In this document: in pieces, positions 36,032 through 48,242 of the stretch
Numbering within the stretch: position 1 is the stretch's first letter
Layout: each line of letters starts with the position of its first letter
Source of the DNA: Dehalococcoidia bacterium
GTDB taxonomy: Bacteria > Chloroflexota > Dehalococcoidia > Bin125
Length of the DNA stretch: 64,000 nucleotides
Assembly: GCA_965203775.1 (NCBI GenBank)
Contig: OZ241913.1
Location: forward strand, 2,192,015 to 2,256,014
Direction of reading: 5' to 3'
Notes under the pieces: generated by a model
Told to the model about the DNA's origin: nothing
The model's input: the letters and a program-made list of their open reading frames with translations, nothing else
Database searches by the model: none
Position numbers and translations under genes: made by a program

Positions 36032-37526
36032 GTCCCGCGCTCCCCTCAGCGCCCGCTGCGGCCAGCTGGACCGCCAGCGCCCGCGCTTCTTCGACCGTCG
36101 CGATTTCGCCCAGCGCGGCGGCCTCGTCGATCGCCGCGCTGATTTCGCCGATCTGCGGCCCCGGCGCCAGCCCGGTCGCCTGTATGATCCCGTGTCCGTT
36201 CAGTATGCGCTCCGCTGCGCCGCCCGATTCGCGCCGCGGGCGCCAGCCGAGGATCCGCGCCACATGCCCGACGTAGGCCGGCCAGCGCGGCGCGAGCGCC
36301 TCTCCGCCTACGGTAGCCAGACTGTCGGCCAGAAACAGCCAACAGAGCGGCAGCGCCAGATCGCCCAGCGCCTTGTGGAAGCGGTAGAGCGCGCGGTCGC
36401 TGGGCGCTTGCCCCGGCGCGGCGATCTGGCCCGGCCGCAGGTGGTGCAGGATCAGCGCGCGCGCATCGTCCAGGACCGCGCTCGGCGTGCGCAGCGCGGT
36501 CAGGCGCGATTCGACCAGCTCCGCGCCCAGCTCGGAGTGCCCGAAAAAGCGTGTCCGCCCGTCCGACTCCACCGTTCGCGTGGCCGGCTTGCCGATGTCG
36601 TGCAGCAGCGTGGCCAGCCTGAGCGTCGCGCGGCCCTGCCAGAGGGCGGCGCGCAGCTGCTCGACGTCGGCGAGCGCGTCCGACTCCCTCAGTCCGTCCC
36701 ACAGCTCGCGCCAGAGTCGCGCCGCAAGCGGTTCGGTGGGTGGATCAACAGGCGGCTCGCGCGAGATCAGCGCGTCGAGCCACTCCAGCGCGTCGAGCTG
36801 ATGATTGAACACATCGCGCCGATGGATGGGGCGCTGATCGACGCCGCGCCCCAGCGCCAGCTCGGGGAAGACCACATCCAACACCCCCAGCGCGTCCATT
36901 CGCCGCACGGAAGGCGACGTACGGTTGTGGCTGAGCATCCGCTCGAGCTCGGCCCAGACGCGCTCGGCGGCGATCGTCGAGAGGTCGGCGGCCCGCCGCC
37001 GCGCCTCCGACTCGGTCTCCGCCGTCATGCGCAGACTGTGCGTCGCCTCGAAGCGCACGGCGCGCAGCACCCGCAGCGGATCCTCCGTCAGCGCCTGCGG
37101 CGAGGCGAGCCGCAGCCGGCCCGCCGCGAGATCGGCGCGCCCATCCAGCGGATCGATGACGCAGCGGGTCACATCGCCCGCCAGAAACTCGTCCAGCGGC
37201 GCGGCCATCGCGTTGACCGTGAAGTCGCGGCGCTTCAGGTCGGCCTCCAGATCGCCGTCGAAATCGGTGACATCGATCCAGCCGTCGTCAACTGCCAGCC
37301 GCCAGGTGACGGGGCCTTTGCCAATTCCCGCCGCGCGGACGCCCAGACGGTCCGCCGCGGCGGCCGCCCACTGCTCCGCGCCGCGCGCGATGATGTCCAC
37401 CTCGGACACGTGAATGCCCAGCAGCGCGTCGCGCAGCGCGCCGCCGACCGCGTGCGGCTCGGCCTCCGCGTCCAGCGGCATAATCCGCCGCAGCGCCGTT
37501 TCAAGCGTCGTCATCGTCGTCCGCAT
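36024..37526 (-). CDS. cca: CCA-adding tRNA nucleotidyltransferase (PolA head + HD domain)
   Basis: GGALRDALLG...RDFTVNAMA head motifs, and a C-terminal HD (LLHDIGKP). Confidence 0.8.
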   Translation of the reverse strand: MRTTMTTLETALRRIMPLDAEAEPHAVGGALRDALLGIHVSEVDIIARGAEQWAAAAADRLGVRAAGIGKGPVTWRLAVDDGWIDVTDFDGDLEADLKRRDFTVNAMAAPLDEFLAGDVTRCVIDPLDGRADLAAGRLRLASPQALTEDPLRVLRAVRFEATHSLRMTAETESEARRRAADLSTIAAERVWAELERMLSHNRTSPSVRRMDALGVLDVVFPELALGRGVDQRPIHRRDVFNHQLDALEWLDALISREPPVDPPTEPLAARLWRELWDGLRESDALADVEQLRAALWQGRATLRLATLLHDIGKPATRTVESDGRTRFFGHSELGAELVESRLTALRTPSAVLDDARALILHHLRPGQIAAPGQAPSDRALYRFHKALGDLALPLCWLFLADSLATVGGEALAPRWPAYVGHVARILGWRPRRESGGAAERILNGHGIIQATGLAPGPQIGEISAAIDEAAALGEIATVEEARALAVQLAAAGAEGSAGRD

Positions 37527-38007
37527 CCAGCTCGTGCAGCGGCCAGAGCAGCTCCGGCTCGGCTACATGGTCGATGTAGACCCGCCCGTTGATGTGGTCG
37601 ATCTCGTGTTCCAGCGCCTGCGCGAGCAGGTCGCCCTCGGCGCGGATGCGAATCTCGCGCCCCCGCAAATCCAGCGCCTTGGCCAGGACGCGCTGCGAGC
37701 GGATCACCTCGCCGCGCCAGCCCGGCACGCTCAGGCAGCCCTCGCTGAGCGTGCGCTCGCCGGAGCGCTTCACCACCTCGGGATTGACCATCGCGAAGGG
37801 ACGCTCGCCGGGCATGCCGATCACCACGACGCGCAGCGGCACGCCGATCTGCGGCGCGGCGATCCCCACCCCGCTCGCCGCGTGCATCGAGTCGATCATG
37901 TCCGCCACCAGCTCGCGCAGCGCCGCGTCGAACGCGCGCACCCGTCTGGCCGGCGTGCGCAGCACCGCCGCATCGGCCGGCAGCGTGGTGATCGCTCGGA
38001 CCGCCAT
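37501..38007 (-). CDS. def: Peptide deformylase
   Basis: GIAAPQIG, EGCLSVPG, HEIDHINGRVY motifs. Acidic C-terminal tail DADDDDDA. Confidence 0.85.
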   Translation of the reverse strand: MAVRAITTLPADAAVLRTPARRVRAFDAALRELVADMIDSMHAASGVGIAAPQIGVPLRVVVIGMPGERPFAMVNPEVVKRSGERTLSEGCLSVPGWRGEVIRSQRVLAKALDLRGREIRIRAEGDLLAQALEHEIDHINGRVYIDHVAEPELLWPLHELDADDDDDA

Positions 38008-38014
38008 ACGCCGC

Positions 38015-38524
38015 TCAGTCCGACAGCGTGGGGTGTGGCGCCTCAAGCGCCTCGCGCGCCCGCGCCTCGCGGTAGGCGGCGACCCGCTCAGCGATCGCCG
38101 CGTCGCCCAGCGACAGAATCCGCGCCGCCAACAGCGCGGAGTTGACCGCGCCCGCGCGGCCGATTGCCACCGTCGCGACGGGCACGCCGCGTGGCATCTG
38201 CGCCATCGAGAGCAGCGAATCGAGCCCGTCCGTGGCCCAACCTTTCATCGGCACGCCGATCACCGGCAGGTCGGTCTTGGCCGCCACCGCGCCGGGCAGC
38301 GCCGCCGCGCCGCCCGCCGCGGCGATCAGCACGCGAATGCCGCGCCCCGCCGCCTCGGCCGCGTAGGCCGCCGTCTCGTCGGGCGTGCGGTGCGCCGAGA
38401 GCACCCGCGCTTCCCAGGCGATGCCCAGCTCTTCGAGCGTCGACGCGGCGTGGCGCATCGTCTCCCAGTCCGAATGCGAGCCCATCATCACGCCGACCTG
38501 TATTCCCTGCGCTGCCTCGGCCAC
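38015..38524 (-). CDS. purE: N5-carboxyaminoimidazole ribonucleotide mutase
   Basis: PurE pattern VGVMMGSHSDW...AHRTPD...GVPVATVAIG. Confidence 0.85.
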   Translation of the reverse strand: MAEAAQGIQVGVMMGSHSDWETMRHAASTLEELGIAWEARVLSAHRTPDETAAYAAEAAGRGIRVLIAAAGGAAALPGAVAAKTDLPVIGVPMKGWATDGLDSLLSMAQMPRGVPVATVAIGRAGAVNSALLAARILSLGDAAIAERVAAYREARAREALEAPHPTLSD

Positions 38525-38647
38525 GAGCCGCTCCTTCTCCGCTTGCGTCGCTGTGCGTCAATTCGCCACGGTGTCCGAACAGGATACCCACGTATACTCA
38601 TACGCAATGCACAGAGCGCACAGAGCCTCAGCCAGGCAACCGCGAAA

Positions 38648-41140
<2,493 letters not shown>

Positions 41141-41150
41141 GGCCCGCCGC

Positions 41151-41924
41151 GTGGTACTGCTCCAGCTGCCGACCTACGAGGGACCGCTCCAACTGCTGCT
41201 CGAGCTGATCGAGCGGCGCAAGCTCGACATCAGCGAACTCTCGCTCGCACAGGTCGCCGACCAGTACCTCGCGCAGATCGCCGAACTCTCCCCGCGCGTT
41301 GAAGCGCTCGCCGAATTCATCGAGATCGGCGGCCGGCTGGTGCTGATCAAGGCGCGCCAGATCGTCCCGCCGCCCGCCGAGGAGGAAGCCACCGAGGCCG
41401 ACGAAGCCGCCAGCGAGCTGGTCGAGATGGTGCGCGAATACGCGCGCTACCGCGACGCCGTGGCCGCGCTGGGCGAGCGGGACCGCGCGCAGGCGCGGGC
41501 CTACGCCCCGCTCTCGCGCCCTGATGTGGCGCGCCCGCAGCCTCTCGGCCTGCCCGACTCCGTCACGCTCGAGCTGCTCAGCCGCATCGCGCAGGAGGCG
41601 ATCGCCGCCGCCAGGGAGCGCGAGCGACAGCGCGCGCAGGCGGCCGACGCCGCCCTCGAGCGCGATCCGATCACCGTCCGCGACCGCGTCGCCGACCTGC
41701 GCCGGCGCCTCGGCGAGGGCAAACCCGTCTCCTTCCGCCGCTGGATCGAAGCCGCCACTTCGCGCCGCTTCGTGATCGTCTCCTTTCTCGCGCTGCTCGA
41801 GCTGCACAAGGCGCGCGCGATCGACCTGCGCCAGGACGCCGCCTGGGACGACATCGAGGTGCTCGCCGCGCCCAACCCGCCCCAGGACGCCTGGTCCGTA
41901 GGCGTTGCCGTGGCAGCGAACTGA
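41151..41924 (+). CDS. scpA: Segregation and condensation protein A
   Basis: ScpA N-terminus (VVLLQLPTYEGPLQLLLELIERRKLDISELSLAQVADQY). GTG start 11 nt after the leuS stop. Confidence 0.7.
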   Translation: MVLLQLPTYEGPLQLLLELIERRKLDISELSLAQVADQYLAQIAELSPRVEALAEFIEIGGRLVLIKARQIVPPPAEEEATEADEAASELVEMVREYARYRDAVAALGERDRAQARAYAPLSRPDVARPQPLGLPDSVTLELLSRIAQEAIAAARERERQRAQAADAALERDPITVRDRVADLRRRLGEGKPVSFRRWIEAATSRRFVIVSFLALLELHKARAIDLRQDAAWDDIEVLAAPNPPQDAWSVGVAVAAN

Positions 41925-41927
41925 GGA

Positions 41928-42899
41928 GTGCCGCCGATGGTCACCGCCCTCGCCCGCGAACAGTTGCAACGCGCCGCGCTCGGACGCCCCACCGCGCTCA
42001 CAATCGGCATCTTCGACGGCGTTCACCGCGGCCACCAGGCGATCATTCGCGAGCTGATCGCCCGCGCGCGGCGGCACGACCTCGCCGCCGGCGCGATCAC
42101 CTTCCACCCGCACCCCCGCGAGGTGCTGCGCCGCGACCTCGCCATCGAATACGTCACCAGCCTCGAAGATCGCCTCGCGCTGCTGCTCGAAACCGGCCTC
42201 GACACCGTCGCCACGGTCAGCTTCACCTCCGAATTCGCCCAGACCGAAGCGGGCGATTTCGTGCGCATGCTGGTCGAAGAGCTCGAGCTCAAGCGCCTGA
42301 TTATCGGCGAAGATTTCGCGCTCGGCCGCCAGCGCGGCGGCGACCCCGAGACGCTCGCCCAACTCGGCCGCGAGCTCGGCTTCGAGGTCGACGTGATCGA
42401 TCTGGTCGCCGACAGCGCCGACAGCGCCGCTAGTCAAGCGGAGGAAAAAATCTCCTCGACCGAGATCCGCGCCGCGCTCAACGACGGCCAAATCGAGCGC
42501 GTCGCCGACTTGCTCGGGCGCCGCTTCTCTGTCCACGGCCCCGTCGTGCGCGGCTTCGAGCGCGGGCGCAGCATCGGCTTCGCCACCGCCAATGTCGCCG
42601 TCGGCGCGGACCGCGCCATTCCCGGACCCGGCGTCTACGCCACACTCGCGCACCTGCCCGAAGGGCCGAGCCCCTCCGTGACCAACATCGGCGTCCGCCC
42701 GACCTTCGAGGACGGCGGCGGACTCTCGATTGAGTGCCACATTTTCGACTTCGACCACGACATCTACGACACCGACCTGCGCGTGGAGTTCGTACAGCGG
42801 TTGCGCGGAGAGCGTAAATTCGACGGAGTCGAGCAGCTGATCGAACAGATCGGGCGCGACTGCGACGCCGCTCGCCGCCTGCTGGCAAAGGAGGCCTGA
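41928..42899 (+). CDS. ribF: Bifunctional riboflavin kinase/FMN adenylyltransferase
   Basis: FAD-synthetase N-domain (IGIFDGVHRGHQ) + riboflavin kinase C-domain (GPVVRGFERGRSIGFATANV...ECHIFDFDHDIYD). Confidence 0.85.
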   Translation: MPPMVTALAREQLQRAALGRPTALTIGIFDGVHRGHQAIIRELIARARRHDLAAGAITFHPHPREVLRRDLAIEYVTSLEDRLALLLETGLDTVATVSFTSEFAQTEAGDFVRMLVEELELKRLIIGEDFALGRQRGGDPETLAQLGRELGFEVDVIDLVADSADSAASQAEEKISSTEIRAALNDGQIERVADLLGRRFSVHGPVVRGFERGRSIGFATANVAVGADRAIPGPGVYATLAHLPEGPSPSVTNIGVRPTFEDGGGLSIECHIFDFDHDIYDTDLRVEFVQRLRGERKFDGVEQLIEQIGRDCDAARRLLAKEA

Positions 42900-43312
42900 T
42901 GCCCGACTTCGAGAGCGAGACTCCCATCCCGCCCAAGCCTGAGGAGATCAGCGAGCAGACCCGCGCCGAGCTGCGCTCGGAGTTGCGCGCCGAACTGCGC
43001 CCCCAGCTGCGCTCGGAAATCCGCGCCGAACTGCTCGAAGAGCAGCGCCGACAGACGCGCGAACAGCGGCGCGAGCGCCGCCGCGACGCCTTCTTCGCCC
43101 GCCTCGCCGCGGCGATTGTCGGCGCGCTCGCCGGCATCCCCACCGCCTTCCTGATCACCCCGCTGATCAGCGGCGAGGACGGCTCGAACGGCCTCACCCT
43201 GGGCGCCGAGATCGGCTTCTCCGCCGCCGCCGGCTTCGGCGCGGTGGTCGTCTCCTCGCTGCTCGCCCTGATCCTCGTCAGCCTCGCGCTCGCCCTCGCC
43301 CGAAAGACCTGA
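42899..43312 (+). CDS. Hypothetical protein with (A)ELR(S/P) heptad-like repeats and a C-terminal TM helix
   Basis: Start overlaps the ribF stop. Repeats 'RAELRSELRAELRPQLRSEIRAELLEE'. Two predicted TM segments. Confidence 0.45.
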   Translation: MPDFESETPIPPKPEEISEQTRAELRSELRAELRPQLRSEIRAELLEEQRRQTREQRRERRRDAFFARLAAAIVGALAGIPTAFLITPLISGEDGSNGLTLGAEIGFSAAAGFGAVVVSSLLALILVSLALALARKT

Positions 43313-43315
43313 CCG

Positions 43316-44608
43316 ATGTCCCAAACCCACGCCAAGTCCAGCCAACCCCCCGACCCCGCCGTGGTCGAAGAGGCCGAGCGCCAGCACGCCCTGATCATGC
43401 GCGGTACCGCCTACGGCGACCGCGCCACCCGCGCCGTGATGTCGCGCGAACTGCGCGCGCGCCTGATCGAGTCGATCAGCATCGGCGATCCGCTGCGCGT
43501 CTACCTCGGCGTCGACCCGACCTCGCCCGACCTGCACATCGGCCACTGCGTGACGCTGCGCAAGCTGCGCCTCTTCCAGCAGCTCGGGCACCAGGCGATC
43601 CTGCTGATCGGCGATTTCACCGGGCTGGTCGGCGACCCTTCGGACAAGTCCAGCGCGCGCCCGATGCAGACCGCCGAAACGCTCGAACGCAACGCTCGCA
43701 CCTACCGCGACCAGGCCTACAAGCTGCTCGACCCCGAGCGCACCGAAATCCGTTACAACAGCGAGTGGCTCGCCGGTATGGACTTCGCCGACGTAATCCA
43801 GCTCGCCTCCAACTTCACCGTGCAGCAGTTCGCCGAGCGCGACACCTTCGCCCGCCGACTCGACTCGCGGCAGCCCGTCTACGTCCACGAGTTCATGTAC
43901 GGGTTAATGCAGGGCTACGACGCCGTCGCGCTGGACGCCGACGTGCAACTCGGCGGCACCGACCAAACCTTCAATATCGGCTGCGGGCGCACGCTCCAGG
44001 AGCGCGGCGGCCACCCGCCGCAGATTGCCGTGCTCACCCCGATCCTGATCGGCACCGACGGCAAACAGCGCATGTCCAAAAGCACCGGCAACTACATCGG
44101 CATCGACGAGCCGCCGGACGCGCAGTACGCGAAGGCGATGTCGATTCCCGACGACGCGATACCGGAGTTTCTGATTCACGGCGCGAGTTTCGCCGCGGAC
44201 GACGCCGACCGGATGATCGCCGAACTGCAAGGCGGCGCGCTGCCGCCGATGGACGCCAAGCGCCGCCTGGCGCGGGCGATCGTCGCCGAGTGGCACGGCG
44301 AGCCCCAGGCCGAGGCCGCCGAAGCCGAATGGACGCGCGTCCATTCGCGCGGCGAAGCCCCCTCCGAGATGCCGCCGCTCGAACTCGATTTCGCCGGCGC
44401 GGACAGCGTCACCGCCCCGCTCGCCGCAATCCTCGCCGACGCCGGCGCAGCCCCCAGCCGCGCCGAAGCCAAACGCCTGCTCCGCCAGGGCGCAGTCCAA
44501 CTGAACGGCGAGCGCGTCGGTGAACAGCCGGTCGAGCTGCGCGAGGGCGACGCGCTCAAGGTCGGCAAGCGAACCTGGCTGCGCATTGTCCGCCGCGACG
44601 AGCGGTAA
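43316..44608 (+). CDS. tyrS: Tyrosine--tRNA ligase
   Basis: HIGH-type 'PDLHIGHCV', KMSKS 'KMSKSTGN', and a C-terminal S4 domain. Confidence 0.9.
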   Translation: MSQTHAKSSQPPDPAVVEEAERQHALIMRGTAYGDRATRAVMSRELRARLIESISIGDPLRVYLGVDPTSPDLHIGHCVTLRKLRLFQQLGHQAILLIGDFTGLVGDPSDKSSARPMQTAETLERNARTYRDQAYKLLDPERTEIRYNSEWLAGMDFADVIQLASNFTVQQFAERDTFARRLDSRQPVYVHEFMYGLMQGYDAVALDADVQLGGTDQTFNIGCGRTLQERGGHPPQIAVLTPILIGTDGKQRMSKSTGNYIGIDEPPDAQYAKAMSIPDDAIPEFLIHGASFAADDADRMIAELQGGALPPMDAKRRLARAIVAEWHGEPQAEAAEAEWTRVHSRGEAPSEMPPLELDFAGADSVTAPLAAILADAGAAPSRAEAKRLLRQGAVQLNGERVGEQPVELREGDALKVGKRTWLRIVRRDER

Positions 44609-44632
44609 CAGATAACAGAGGAGAACGCCCCA

Positions 44633-45556
44633 ATGCCGATCACACTCGACTGGCTCGGTTGCGCCACTTTCCGGCTGGCGATCGACGATACGATCATCTT
44701 CCTCGACGCCTACATCGACCGCGTGCCCGCCGCGCCCGGCGTCGGCCTCTCCGCCGCCGATGTCACCCGCGCCGACGCGGTGCTCGTCGGGCATTCGCAC
44801 TTCGACCATATCGCCGGCGCGGAGGTGATCGCCGCCAACACCGAAGCCGTCGTAATCGGCTCCAACGAATCCGCCCGCGTGCTACTAGAGGCCGGCGTCG
44901 ACCAGTCGCAACTGCTCCGCTCGCAGGGCGGCGAGCGCCACCGCATCGCCGACGGCATCACCGTCGAAGTCTTCCCCAGCCTCCACTCCTGCATCTGGAC
45001 GCAAGGCTCCTGGGACACCGGCAAGGTGGTGCTGGGCGATTACGGGCTGACCGAAGAGCAGCGCTGGGGCGGGCGCGGCGTGCTTGACGTCGGCGGCTCG
45101 CTCGGCGAACGCGGCGCCGAGCAGGACCCCGCGCAGCGCGCGCAAATGCTCGACCATGTCGCCCACTGCCTCGGCAGTAACGACACCGGCGGCGCGCTCG
45201 CCTACCTGATCGATACCCCCTACGGCTCAATCTTCTACCACGACACCTCCGGCTGCTGGACCGGCGTCGCGCAAAACCTGCGCCCCGACCTCGCGATCGT
45301 CGCAATGGCCGGCCGCCCCAACATCGACGGCGAGCCAATCCAGGGCTCGCTCGCCCAATTCGTCGGCCGCATGAGCGATATGCTCCGCGCCCGCCGCGTC
45401 ATACTCGGCCACCACGACGACTGGATGCCCCCCATGACCCGCGACATGACCTCCGCCGACGCGCTAGCCCCTGTAGCCAACGAACTCAACCACATCGCCC
45501 CCCGCACCGAGCTGCTAAACATCCCGCTAGGCAGCCGCGCAGAGCTCTGGCGCTAG
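44633..45556 (+). CDS. MBL-fold metallo-hydrolase
   Basis: HxHxDH motif (GHSHFDHIAG) plus downstream His/Asp ligands. Confidence 0.75.
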   Translation: MPITLDWLGCATFRLAIDDTIIFLDAYIDRVPAAPGVGLSAADVTRADAVLVGHSHFDHIAGAEVIAANTEAVVIGSNESARVLLEAGVDQSQLLRSQGGERHRIADGITVEVFPSLHSCIWTQGSWDTGKVVLGDYGLTEEQRWGGRGVLDVGGSLGERGAEQDPAQRAQMLDHVAHCLGSNDTGGALAYLIDTPYGSIFYHDTSGCWTGVAQNLRPDLAIVAMAGRPNIDGEPIQGSLAQFVGRMSDMLRARRVILGHHDDWMPPMTRDMTSADALAPVANELNHIAPRTELLNIPLGSRAELWR

Positions 45557-45571
45557 CCCCCGTTCAAGCAT

Positions 45572-46045
45572 CTGGCGCAACCCCCACCCTTCTGCCCGTC
45601 ACCCCCGCGCCCCTCCATCACACCAGCGCCCCCTCCGTCATTCCTGCGCCCCCTCCGTCATTCCTGCGCCCCTACCGTCACACCAGCGCCCCTACCGTCA
45701 CACCAGCGCCCACCGTCACACCAGCGCCCACCGTCACACCAGCGCCCCTCTGTCACACCAGCGCCCCCTCCGTCATTCCTGCGCCCCGTTCCGTCATTCC
45801 TGCGCAGGCAGGAACCCACGCAGTAAGCGCGACCCATCTACCACCGAACCCTCGGCGGCCGTGCAGCCCAGGCAGCCCCCCGCAACCTCACGACGCATAC
45901 AGGCACCGGAGGTCGCCCAGATTCCTGCCTGCGCAGGAATGACGGAGGGGGCGCGGGAATGCCGGAAGTGTGAACACCCCCACCCGCACCCCCTCCCCAA
46001 TTCATCCCTCCCCCCTTCCAGGGGGGAGGCTAGGTGGGGGGTGGG
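45572..46045. repeat. MITE-like repeat cluster 7: 'ccgtcacaccagcgcc(c)' tandem units, A-type forward units, a distal inverted A-type unit ending 'ggaagtgtgaaca', then a B-type hairpin
   Basis: Direct inspection. Forward and inverted A-type units are about 120 bp apart, which could form a long stem-loop. Confidence 0.85.
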
Positions 46046-46629
46046 AGCCCCGAACGAGCACAGCGCCCGCCCACCCGCCACCCCCAGCCCAACGCCACGG
46101 CGCGCAGCGACTCACTATCCATGAGCAGCGATCCGATCTCGCCGGCGCCGTCAAAGTCGCCGTCGTCGTTACGGTCCCAACAGACCGTGCCGCTGCTCCA
46201 GGCGTGCCAGCGGCGGCCTTCAGGCACAGCGTCGATCGTACGATCTTCGCCTGTCACGAGGTCGGTGCAAAGACCGACGCCGTAGGTGCCCAGCGGCGCG
46301 GTCCGGTCGTAATCGAAGAAGCCCACGCTAGCCATGATCCACGTGCGCTCGAGATCCTGAGACGCCTCATTGAGGTAGTGGAGGGCGGATAGGCACTCGT
46401 CCAACGAACCACCACCGCAGTAGTTGAGGACTGCCGAGAACATGGCGTTCAAACGCCGTTGCACATCGTCCCAGGGGAGCGGGTTGTTGTAGGTTGACCT
46501 GATCACGTACTCCGGCTGCTGCGCGCCGGCAGGCGCGGCGGGGAGCACGGCGATGATCGAGATCGCGACGGCGATCGCCGCCGCTGCGACCAACAGGGCC
46601 CGGCTCGTCATCTGCTTCGCGATCTCCAT
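46030..46629 (-). CDS. Secreted hypothetical protein (stop codon lies inside a MITE-derived sequence)
   Basis: Signal peptide MEIAKQMTSRALLVAAAAIAVAISIIAVLPAAPAGA. The last ~15 aa are encoded by the B-type repeat. Confidence 0.5.
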   Translation of the reverse strand: MEIAKQMTSRALLVAAAAIAVAISIIAVLPAAPAGAQQPEYVIRSTYNNPLPWDDVQRRLNAMFSAVLNYCGGGSLDECLSALHYLNEASQDLERTWIMASVGFFDYDRTAPLGTYGVGLCTDLVTGEDRTIDAVPEGRRWHAWSSGTVCWDRNDDGDFDGAGEIGSLLMDSESLRAVALGWGWRVGGRCARSGLPPPT

Positions 46630-46673
46630 GGCGTTCCGTTCCTCTCCGCGTTGCCGCGCTTGCGTCGCAGGTC

Positions 46674-47186
46674 TCACTGTGGGCACCGGTAGGTCGCGCT
46701 GACTGGGGCGCCGCGCAACGGGACGCCTCGCTGGCCGGCGCGGGCCGTCCAGTAGTTGTATTCGGCGATGCTCATAGCGAACACGCCATCCCCGTCGCAG
46801 CTGGCGCGATCGAACGCCTCAGCATTGTTTGGGATGCGCCGAAGCACGATGTCGTCTTCGCCCGTTTCTTCCACGACGTAGACGCTTTCCGCGTCGCCGG
46901 GAATCCGCACCAGCGGACTTTCGCGGATCAGGCGGTAGTCTGCGGAACTCAGCGACTTCCGATTGCCCCACGACCATCCCGGTACTGCGTCAATGAGGCC
47001 GCCCGCAACGACGTGACGACGGAACCATTTACCGTTCGTCGCCTTGAAGACGTACACCTCGGGTGAGTCCCCCTCGCGGATCAGGTCGTTCGAGACGACA
47101 CGCGATCCGCTGGTGCTTGTGGGGAGCCGGGTTGCCGGCGGCGGATCGCCTTGGCGCCCTGTCACCTGCCGGTAGAGATAGGGCAA
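46674..47186 (-). CDS. Hypothetical protein
   Basis: ORF with good codon bias between two secreted-protein genes. No domain recognised. Confidence 0.4.
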   Translation of the reverse strand: MPYLYRQVTGRQGDPPPATRLPTSTSGSRVVSNDLIREGDSPEVYVFKATNGKWFRRHVVAGGLIDAVPGWSWGNRKSLSSADYRLIRESPLVRIPGDAESVYVVEETGEDDIVLRRIPNNAEAFDRASCDGDGVFAMSIAEYNYWTARAGQRGVPLRGAPVSATYRCPQ

Positions 47187-47227
47187 CGGGTCAATGCTGA
47201 CCTCGCCGACCGGCAGGTCGCTTCGGC

Positions 47228-48043
47228 CTATCCCCGCGCCTCTTGCGTAGATCCTGTACCCCAGGCCGCCCGGAGCGCCTGCGCTCTGCCGGGGCGGACT
47301 TCGATATGCACATGCGCGTCGGCGGTGCAGGATGTGCCTTCCCTACCCAATACGTCGCCGATCGCGACGGCGTCGCCCTCGGCGACCAGCACTTGGGCGG
47401 CATGGAGGTAGATAGTCGTCGCGTGCGCTGCGGGGTCGTAGACCGCGATATCGGCGCACCGCCACGTTCGTCCGGCGGCGATGACGATCCCCGACGTCAA
47501 CGACCGGAACTGCGCCCCGCTGGCGTTCCTCCGGCTGACGTCCCACCCTCCGTGACCGCCTTCGTAGGCGTTCCACTCGGCTTTGTTCACGAGGGCCTTA
47601 TAGAACCGCTCTCCGGCGTTGCACTGTGCGGGCGGCGACGCCACAACGTTGCAGCCCCAATCGTTGTTGTCGTGGCTGGTGTGCGTGTCGGCCTGGCCGG
47701 GCAGGAGGCCGAAGAGCCGCTCAACGAGTAGGTCCTTCTGTTCTGCGCGAGTGGTTCCGCGGTCCACCGGCGGCGGTCCGTTGTCATCCGGACCAACCTG
47801 GTGGATCGGCACTTCGATCTGAGTGCTGCGCAGCCAGCGGTTGTGTGTGATGCGCGCGGGGAAAACGCGGGCCGGGGGTAGGATGCGCTGCCCGCTGGTG
47901 GGGGTGAATGCGAATTCGACTCCCGCATCGTTGCGCAGGCGCGCGTTGATGCGGCCGATCGCGGTTCCTCCAACGATTACGAGGCTGCTGCGCAACCATT
48001 CGTTGATCTCAGCGTCGGCGGGGAAGAGCCTAGCGCGGGGCAA
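47228..48043 (-). CDS. M23-family metallopeptidase with N-terminal 'FPADA..EW..G.I.ARxxxDGRxEF' repeats; the N-terminal signal peptide is frame-disrupted upstream
   Basis: C-terminal M23 motifs (GDVLGREGTSCTADAHVHIEV). The called TTG start has no signal peptide. An in-frame signal-peptide-like sequence continues upstream to a C12 tract, and an ATG at 48265-48267 lies in the +1 frame. Confidence 0.65.
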   Translation of the reverse strand: MPRARLFPADAEINEWLRSSLVIVGGTAIGRINARLRNDAGVEFAFTPTSGQRILPPARVFPARITHNRWLRSTQIEVPIHQVGPDDNGPPPVDRGTTRAEQKDLLVERLFGLLPGQADTHTSHDNNDWGCNVVASPPAQCNAGERFYKALVNKAEWNAYEGGHGGWDVSRRNASGAQFRSLTSGIVIAAGRTWRCADIAVYDPAAHATTIYLHAAQVLVAEGDAVAIGDVLGREGTSCTADAHVHIEVRPGRAQALRAAWGTGSTQEARG

Positions 48044-48230
48044 GACTTGCGCACCGCTGGGGGTGCGCCATCCGAACTCGATCCGGCCGTCGCCAGTGCG
48101 CCGGGCAATGATTTGTCCGCTGCTCTGCTCGTCGCTCTGGGCCTGAACAGTGGTGAAGTCGGCGGCGATGATCGCGGTGATGGCGGCCGCGGCCAGCGCG
48201 AGGAGCGCCAGCGTCAGGAGAAGAGGATTA

Positions 48231-48242
48231 CCCCCCCCCCCC
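48231..48242. repeat. Homopolymeric C12 (G12 on the coding strand) tract inside the 5' region of the M23 peptidase gene
   Basis: 'attacccccccccccctccgtg'. A change to 13 (or 10) residues would fuse the ATG at 48267 and the signal peptide to the peptidase ORF. Confidence 0.8.

Noticed and set aside
38525-38647. Possible T-box or riboswitch leader upstream of leuS
   Set aside because: The intergenic region is only ~120 nt (divergent from purE), too short for a T-box (~250 nt). No specifier/antiterminator features recognised.
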